A model generated the notes under the pieces. That model was not told where the DNA came from. It ran no database searches and was given only the letters and a program-made list of their open reading frames with translations. Shown piece by piece: positions 58,356-64,000 of a stretch of 64,000 bases of DNA. A program made the translations under genes and the position numbers. Every line of letters begins with the position of its first letter. Positions within the stretch are counted from its first letter, which is position 1. The stretch lies in NCBI GenBank assembly GCA_018830005.1, contig JAHJTE010000003.1:71674-135673 (forward strand), written 5' to 3'. This DNA is from Candidatus Omnitrophota bacterium (GTDB lineage Bacteria; Omnitrophota; Gorgyraeia; JAHJTE01).

Positions 58356-60368
58356 CTACTCGTACCTTAATGCCTCTATAGGATCAAGCTTGGACGCCTG
58401 TCGTGCGGGCCAAAGGCCAAAGCCTATGCCTATAGCAATAGAAAATGTTGTGGCAAGCACAATAGATAAGCCTGAAACCTTTGTTGTCCAGTCAGCAAGG
58501 ATTGATAAAAGCCAAGCTATGCACCAGCCAAACACAATCCCGGCTATGCCGCCGATAAAAGTCAAAACTACCGACTCTATAAGGAATTGAGCCATTATAT
58601 CTGTTCTGCGCGCTCCCACTGCCTTACGCAGGCCTATCTCTCTTGTGCGCTCGGTTACAGAAACAAGCATAATGTTCATAATGCCTATACCACCTACTAA
58701 AAGAGAAATTGCCGCAATAGAACCCAAAAGCCAGGTCATTGTCTTAGTTGTACTCTCTAAGGTCTCCTGAATCTCAGCCATATTGCGAATTTCAAATGAA
58801 TCTTCCCGGTCTTTATTAAGGCGTTGGCGTTTAATAATAAGTCCGCGTATCGCACTTTCAGCTTCTTCCATTAAACCAGCATCTTTAACCTCCACATCAA
58901 TTGAATCAACGTATTCTTTTCCTAAAAGCCTATACATTGCAGTGGTAATTGGAATAATGACTAAATCATCCTCGTCACGCCAGCCAGATGCCCCTTTCTC
59001 TGGTAAAATACCAATTACCTGAAAATTTATGCGATTTATCTTAATTCTTGCTCCAACTGGATTAGCATCTCCAAAGAGCTCTCTGGCTACTGTGGCCCCG
59101 AGCAAAACTACCTTTTGCCTTACTTTTAATTCTTCTTCTGTAAAAAATCTGCCAATGCTAGGGGAAGAAGCACGCATTGAGGCATAATCTATCCCTGTGC
59201 CCTGAACCTGTGTATTCCAGTTCTTATTGCCATAAACGAGTTGAGCGCGGCCTGAAACCCGAGGAGAAACATTTTTCACCTGAGGCAGTTTAACCATAGC
59301 ATCTGCATCTTGCATAGTAAAACGAGTAACTGCTCCTGTTTCCAAGGCTACCCCATGCATTCGATGAGAGCCAGGCCTCACCGCTAAAAGATTTGAACCC
59401 AGAGAAGCTAATCTTTCTGCAATAGACTCTTTTGCTCCCTGGCCAAGAGCAAGCATAGCAATTACTGCTGATACACCTATAAGAATACCCAGCATAGAAA
59501 GAAAAGAGCGCATTTTATGAGAAATAATAGCATTCTTTGCCTGACGAAAATGGTCTATAAATTCAGCTCTTCCTGAGTAAACTTGAGATTGAGCCAATAT
59601 ATTGTCTAAAGTAATCTTTTGGTCTAGAGGAAAAGGCGTCTCTGACTTCTCGCCTATTCTTTCATCAGAGACAATCCTGCCATCGCGCATCTGAATAATT
59701 CTTTTTGCATGCTCAGCGATTTCTCTTTCATGTGTAACAATAATAATGGTTTTGCCTTTTTGATTCAGGCGTTTCAAAATGGAAATAATCTCTTCTTCGG
59801 TCTTTGTATCCAGATTTCCTGTTGGCTCATCAGCTAAAATAATCAGGGGATCATTGACTAAAGAACGGGCAATGGCTACTCGTTGCTGCTCTCCGCCGGA
59901 AAGCTCATTTGGTCTATGCAACTGCCTCCCAGATAGACCGACTTCTTCTATTCTTTGTTTTGCCTTTTCTTTTAACTGCTGTTTGCCTGCATAAATCAAA
60001 GGAAGCTCTGCATTTTCCAACGCAGTCATTCTGGCAAGCAAATGAAATTGCTGAAAGACAAAACCGACTAAACGAGTCCTCAAAATAGCTAATTCATCAT
60101 CAGTAAGTTTGGTTATATCTTGCCTACCTAAGTAGTATGAGCCTGAATCAGGCCGATCTAGGAAACCTAATATATGCATTAGCGTGGATTTACCTGAACC
60201 TGAAGGCCCGATAATAGCCACAAATTCTCCGGGGGTAATTTTTAAGGATACATCCTGCAGTGCCCGCACCCCTATCTTACCAGTCATATAAGTCTTATTT
60301 ATATTCTTTAACTCTATCATAACCTTATTAATTCTTAAGATAAATAGATTATCATTTTTTTCTGCCAA
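58356..60368 (-). CDS. macB: MacB-type ABC transporter (N-terminal ATPase fused to FtsX permease)
   Basis: Walker [10 protein letters not shown], signature [12 protein letters not shown], Walker [12 protein letters not shown]. This is followed by four TM helices with a large periplasmic loop. True start is possibly the internal Met (MIELKNI). Confidence 0.85.
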   Translation of the reverse strand: MAEKNDNLFILRINKVMIELKNINKTYMTGKIGVRALQDVSLKITPGEFVAIIGPSGSGKSTLMHILGFLDRPDSGSYYLGRQDITKLTDDELAILRTRLVGFVFQQFHLLARMTALENAELPLIYAGKQQLKEKAKQRIEEVGLSGRQLHRPNELSGGEQQRVAIARSLVNDPLIILADEPTGNLDTKTEEEIISILKRLNQKGKTIIIVTHEREIAEHAKRIIQMRDGRIVSDERIGEKSETPFPLDQKITLDNILAQSQVYSGRAEFIDHFRQAKNAIISHKMRSFLSMLGILIGVSAVIAMLALGQGAKESIAERLASLGSNLLAVRPGSHRMHGVALETGAVTRFTMQDADAMVKLPQVKNVSPRVSGRAQLVYGNKNWNTQVQGTGIDYASMRASSPSIGRFFTEEELKVRQKVVLLGATVARELFGDANPVGARIKINRINFQVIGILPEKGASGWRDEDDLVIIPITTAMYRLLGKEYVDSIDVEVKDAGLMEEAESAIRGLIIKRQRLNKDREDSFEIRNMAEIQETLESTTKTMTWLLGSIAAISLLVGGIGIMNIMLVSVTERTREIGLRKAVGARRTDIMAQFLIESVVLTFIGGIAGIVFGWCIAWLLSILADWTTKVSGLSIVLATTFSIAIGIGFGLWPARQASKLDPIEALRYE

Positions 60369-61314
60369 AAGGCATAAAAGGATTGCTCTTTGAGTTTGCG
60401 TTTTGTACAGGGAGGTATTTTTCGGTCTTAATTATTATCTTATCCTTTTGAGTCAACCCTGAGATAACCTCAATATTAGTCTCATCAAAAATGCCAAGTT
60501 CAACTATTTGTTTAACAGGCCGTTTACTTCTATCCTGCCTCAAGAGGACAAAACTTTCATCCTTATCCCGGTTAACTGCCTCAAGAGGTATAATTAAAAT
60601 ATCTTCTTTGCCTGTCTCTATGATATCCACACTCGCGCTCATGCCCGAACGAAACACTTCCGGCACCTTTTCCGGAAGGATATCTACCTCATAAATAGTA
60701 ACATTGTTAACAACCTTAGATTCATAGGATATATGATCGACCTTTGCTTTTACTTTAATTTTAGGGTATGCATCCAGGCTAATAACTGCCTCTTGACCAA
60801 GCTTTACCTTCCCGATATCAGTCTCATCTACCTGGGCCTTAACAATGAGTCGGTCTGATAATACAATTATGGCATCGCTGGATGTAACCGTCTGGCCCGG
60901 CTCAACCGCCCTTACAATTACCTCTCCGTCAATGGGAGCAATAAGCGGGGTAGGCTTATAAACCTCCTGCCAATACTTTAAAATCTCTTCATCCTGTGCC
61001 CTAGCAGTATCTAAAAGTGCAGCTCTTTCTGTTGAGCTCATCCAGGCTAGAATCTGACCAACTTTTACTTTCTCGCCTTCTTTAAACAAAATTTCTTCAA
61101 TCCGACCGCTAATCGGCGGTTTTATTTCTAAGCGATTCTGAGGCTCTACTACGCCAGTGGTAGAGATAAAATTCTGGATATTGCCAAATGAGGGACTTAT
61201 CTCTCCGGTAACTTCACCAGAGGATTTATTTTGCCTTACCTTTATTATTAAAATTGCTGAAATTACCAAAATAATTAGCAAACTAAGAAAGATTTTCAAT
61301 TTATTACCCGTCAT
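60352..61314 (-). CDS. macA: HlyD/MacA-family periplasmic adaptor
   Basis: N-terminal TM anchor, then beta-barrel/lipoyl-like segments. Overlaps the neighbours on both sides. Confidence 0.75.
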   Translation of the reverse strand: MTGNKLKIFLSLLIILVISAILIIKVRQNKSSGEVTGEISPSFGNIQNFISTTGVVEPQNRLEIKPPISGRIEEILFKEGEKVKVGQILAWMSSTERAALLDTARAQDEEILKYWQEVYKPTPLIAPIDGEVIVRAVEPGQTVTSSDAIIVLSDRLIVKAQVDETDIGKVKLGQEAVISLDAYPKIKVKAKVDHISYESKVVNNVTIYEVDILPEKVPEVFRSGMSASVDIIETGKEDILIIPLEAVNRDKDESFVLLRQDRSKRPVKQIVELGIFDETNIEVISGLTQKDKIIIKTEKYLPVQNANSKSNPFMPFGRKK

Positions 61315-62572
61315 AGTCTAATGTTCCTCCTTTTGCCTGAATCCAACTAGCCTCAGCTACCAACAAGTTAGCTAAAGTGTCAAGATAGGCTTTTTTGACA
61401 CTAACAACATTATCCTCAATTATAATCCAGTCATTAAAACTGATTAGTCCTGTTGAATACTGGGCATTTGCTATTTTTGCCCGCTCCTGGGCAGCCTCAA
61501 GAAATTTCTTCTTCACTGAAACGCTATCTTTTGAATCTTGGAAGTTTTTCCAAGTCTGTTCTAATGTCAAAATAACAGTATCTCGACCGCTTCTTTCATC
61601 TGCCTTGGCTTGTTTTAACTTAGATTTCGCTTTCTCAAAAGCAGCTATTCTACTTCCTCCTTCAAATAAAGGAAAAGATACTGTAATACCTGCTGACCAT
61701 TCATCATTTTCTGGAGGCCAATCTGATGCGGTCTTGCCGGCAGAAGTATTTAAATAAACCTCTGGAAAAAAATCAGCCTTGCTAGATTCCAGGTCAAACC
61801 TAACAGCCTCTTTCTTGGCAATAAGTTCTTTCAAAAAAGGAGTATTATCAGCTAAATACTCGAAATCGCACTTTTCGCTATCAGTGTCTGCAATTTCAAA
61901 ACCTCCCTTTACTTTAACAGGAGAAAAATTCTCCCGCCCTAACTCTTTTGTCAACTGTCTTTGCGCCAGAGAAAGATTCCGTTTAGCCTGCGCCACTTCA
62001 AATTCTGCTTGCGCTAAATCTGCCTGTGCAGTCAAGAGCGCTCCTTTATGCTCCCTGCCGGCTTCATACCTTAACTGAACCAACTCTAAATTCTGTTTTC
62101 TTCTCTTGGCAATCTCCTCAGTAAGAGAGATGAGTTCTTGCGCTCGTAAAAGCGTAGAAAAGGCGTTCCTTAGATTAAGCCTTATATCCGAAGAAACAAC
62201 TGCATAGTTATATCCTTGAGCACTTAAGTTTCTCGATGCAGCAGAAATATCAGCGGAAGTCTTAAAACCATCAAATAATAACTGCTTACCAGTTATGCTA
62301 TATGAATAGGTATCAGCCTCGTCTCTGGTAGCTGTTTTTGACCTTTTGCCGCTTATCTCAGTATTAATCTGGGGTAACGCATCGCTTTTGGTGATTGCCT
62401 TATCTGAGTGTGACTGGTTTAACTTCTCTCTCGCTGAAATAAGGTCAGGATGATTCTCTCTTGCCTGTCTAACGCAATCTTTCCACGTGAACACCTCTTC
62501 TGCGCTAGAGTTACCAAGAATAAAACAAATAAATAATAATGCGGCTATAAAAAACTTTAAATATTTAGTCAT
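61304..62572 (-). CDS. TolC-family outer-membrane efflux protein
   Basis: Signal peptide and two-repeat coiled-coil architecture of ~420 aa. Confidence 0.75.
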   Translation of the reverse strand: MTKYLKFFIAALLFICFILGNSSAEEVFTWKDCVRQARENHPDLISAREKLNQSHSDKAITKSDALPQINTEISGKRSKTATRDEADTYSYSITGKQLLFDGFKTSADISAASRNLSAQGYNYAVVSSDIRLNLRNAFSTLLRAQELISLTEEIAKRRKQNLELVQLRYEAGREHKGALLTAQADLAQAEFEVAQAKRNLSLAQRQLTKELGRENFSPVKVKGGFEIADTDSEKCDFEYLADNTPFLKELIAKKEAVRFDLESSKADFFPEVYLNTSAGKTASDWPPENDEWSAGITVSFPLFEGGSRIAAFEKAKSKLKQAKADERSGRDTVILTLEQTWKNFQDSKDSVSVKKKFLEAAQERAKIANAQYSTGLISFNDWIIIEDNVVSVKKAYLDTLANLLVAEASWIQAKGGTLDYDG

Positions 62573-62573
62573 T

Positions 62574-62819
62574 TTATTTACTTTTTTTAGAAAGTTCTTT
62601 CTTTAATGCTGAAATGTGTTGTTCAAAATGCTGCAGGAACCGGGCAATACGTTCAGCAGGGATAAAGCTGATTATTTCTTTACGGCCAGGAGGCCCTGAT
62701 ATCACAATCAATTGGTCGCCGGGTTTGATGTCAAGCACCTTTCTCGCTTTCATAGGAATAACTACCTGCCCTCTTGTCCCCATTGTGACTGTTCCATATA
62801 CCTGGTGTGAGTTTTTCAT
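62574..62819 (-). CDS. AbrB/MazE/SpoVT-family DNA-binding protein
   Basis: GTRGQVVIPMKARKVLDIKPGDQLIVI swapped-hairpin signature. First gene of the efflux operon. Confidence 0.7.
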   Translation of the reverse strand: MKNSHQVYGTVTMGTRGQVVIPMKARKVLDIKPGDQLIVISGPPGRKEIISFIPAERIARFLQHFEQHISALKKELSKKSK

Positions 62820-62886
62820 GCCTGCCCCCTTAATTTAAAATATTCCCTCTATATCATTAGTATGAAAAGTATGATTTATCATACAA

Positions 62887-62915
62887 ATCATACTATGGAT
62901 TTCTACCCCTGTCAA
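62887..62915 (-). promoter_or_regulatory. Sigma70-like promoter TTGACA-17-TATGAT with downstream palindromic operator
   Basis: Minus-strand TTGACA (62910-62915) and TATGAT (62887-62892). The palindrome TATGATAAATCATA starts 6 nt downstream. RBS AAGGGGG before the ATG at 62819. Confidence 0.45.
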
Positions 62916-62920
62916 GTAAT

Positions 62921-63040
62921 TCAAATAAAAAGCCCACCTTTTTCAAGATGGGCTGAATTGACTCCCTCCTATAGAATCGAAAGATTCTACAAGACTAATC
63001 CTGTAAAAATCTCCGATTTTTATAGGGCCTATTGAACGAC
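62921..63040 (-). repeat. Structured repeat copy C (conserved hairpins + GGAGGGAG + terminator); candidate sRNA
   Basis: P2 hairpin CCTGTAAAAATC/GATTTTTATAGG (62990-63017) carries compensatory changes relative to copy B. On the minus strand it is followed by GGAGGGAG and hairpin GCCCAUCUU-GAAA-AAGGUGGGC plus UUUUUAUUUG (62921-62954). Confidence 0.45.
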
Positions 63041-63319
63041 TTTCGCAACTGGTTGGGATCAAAGAAGGGTAAAAAGATGGTAAAAGAGCTGGTTTTTATT
63101 GGTTAAACTGCTCCTTTACTTTGGGGGCGGGTGAGTATTCCAGATTCCAAAGGCAGTTGCCTTATTTATTCTTTCTTATCGGTTTTGCAACAAGATTTAC
63201 AGAACTTCTTGCACAATAATAAACAAACTACCAATACTATTATAACTACTAAGGCTATTTTCATTTCTCCTCCTTTTTCCCAATTATACCACTTCCATTT
63301 CAAAATGGCACACAAAAAA

Positions 63320-63348
63320 CCCTCTGTAATATATTCTATCACAGTGGG
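63320..63348 (-). terminator. Intrinsic terminator of the DAC-domain gene
   Basis: Minus strand reads CCCACUGUGAUAGAAUAUAUUACAGAGGG followed by UUUUUUGUGUG. Nearly identical to the thi4 terminator hairpin at 28562-28590. Confidence 0.5.
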
Positions 63349-63446
63349 TTAGAATAGCAACTCCTCTTCGTCAACGAGCTTAGAACTTTTTGTGCTATCA
63401 GTCAAGGAGAAATTGCAGCTTTTTCTTGTTTCTTTTAAAATTTTTT

Positions 63447-64000
63447 TCAAACAGGGACGATGCTTTTCCCTTTAAGGGCCTTCTTAATAAGCCTGTATAG
63501 TTCTTTCAAAGAATCGACCTTTATCAAACAACCCTGAGAGACAATACTTATCTCCCCTCTTTCCTCTGAAACTACTAGAGCAATGGCATCCGTCTTTTCC
63601 GTAATCCCTATTGCCGAACGATGACGCGTACCAATTCCCATAGGAACTTCGGTATCTGTTCTAATAGAAAGGATTGCTTTAACCCTTCTAATGCGGCCAT
63701 TAAAAATAACTACTGCCCCATCGTGAACAGGTGAAGCCGAAGAAAATAAAGCGATAACTATTTCACTCTTAATTTGTGCATCAAAAAGAATACCACTGTC
63801 CATATATTCATCTAGTTTATCTTTTCTTCTAAGAATTATTAATACGCCTACCTTACGACTTGCTAAAAACTCCATCGCTTTGCAGATTTCCAACAGGTAA
63901 TCAGGTAGTTGCATACTAAAATCCTTACCTGTTAAAATGCTACGTTTAATTCTTAAGAAAATCTCTAGCATGATATCAATCACTATAGCTACTGCTGCTG
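63447..64000 (-). CDS. Diadenylate cyclase (DAC/DisA_N domain) protein, probably truncated at window edge
   Basis: DGAVVI and GTRHRSA DAC motifs. The frame remains open upstream of the GTG at 63983 to the window end, so the N-terminus (TM region of CdaA-type proteins) may lie outside. Confidence 0.6.
   Translation of the reverse strand, partial: AAVAIVIDIMLEIFLRIKRSILTGKDFSMQLPDYLLEICKAMEFLASRKVGVLIILRRKDKLDEYMDSGILFDAQIKSEIVIALFSSASPVHDGAVVIFNGRIRRVKAILSIRTDTEVPMGIGTRHRSAIGITEKTDAIALVVSEERGEISIVSQGCLIKVDSLKELYRLIKKALKGKSIVPV

Noticed and set aside
58246-58590. 114-aa plus-strand ORF
   Set aside because: Antisense to the well-supported macB coding region; no motifs.

Overview
This window is AT-rich bacterial chromosome, and almost every gene is on the minus strand. 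The product calls and the context point to an anaerobic, possibly candidate-phylum lineage, but I cannot assign taxonomy. Nearly everything reads as ordinary metabolism and transport.

Gene content, in order along the window:
- **Start of window:** a truncated HflK-like SPFH gene that the ORF track missed, and a macro-domain protein.
- **Pseudopilins:** a plus-strand cluster of four minor pilin / pseudopilin genes.
- **Polyamines:** spermidine synthase flanked by two AdoMetDC-like genes, one canonical and one divergent.
- **Transport:** a MalK-type sugar ABC transporter with no binding-protein gene nearby.
- **Assorted:** a radical SAM enzyme with a long N-terminal extension, and an RlpA-like protein.
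- **Sulfur amino acids:** the operon Rrf2 regulator, metY, cysK, metX, metW.
- **Arsenate:** an ArsC-type arsenate reductase.
- **Translation factor:** a full-length EF-G fused in frame to an N-terminal transmembrane helix plus coiled coil.
- **Signalling and ions:**
  - a patatin lipase with a cyclic-nucleotide-binding domain;
  - a cation/proton antiporter with CBS domains;
  - SuhB;
  - a DUF318 permease translationally coupled to an unannotated 48-aa CC-x10-CC peptide.
- **Lipid and thiamine:** PlsC, and Thi4 thiazole synthase behind a clear TPP riboswitch with its terminator.
- **Nickel locus:** DUF134/zinc-ribbon and NifX-like genes, then NikR, a coiled-coil/beta-barrel outer-membrane protein, and the NikM, PDGLE protein, NikQ, NikO transporter, with an unannotated YezD-like small ORF.
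- **Alpha-glucan island (36-55 kb):**
  - PckG, GlgA and a GalT-like nucleotidyltransferase;
  - three GH57 enzymes, including a TK1436/Rv3031-type branching enzyme;
  - a DUF4912-like protein, a GT4 glucosyltransferase and a stand-alone CBM48;
  - a soluble NarL-type two-component pair, then MalQ;
  - a ParA/MinD-type ATPase fused to a CBM48 glycogen-binding domain, next to a small membrane protein;
  - TreT.
- **End of window:** RlmN, an AbrB-like regulator heading a MacA/MacB/TolC efflux operon, and a probably truncated DAC-domain (c-di-AMP cyclase) gene.

The most unusual features:
- **ParA-CBM48 cassette:** a candidate glycogen-granule positioning system.
- **Membrane-anchored EF-G paralog.**
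- **Three-copy structured element family:** about 90 nt plus terminator, with compensatory base changes. It looks like an sRNA or cis-regulatory family and is associated with C4 zinc-ribbon (DksA/TraR-like) genes and the AbrB-like gene.

No CRISPR array, rRNA, tRNA or obvious transposase was found.
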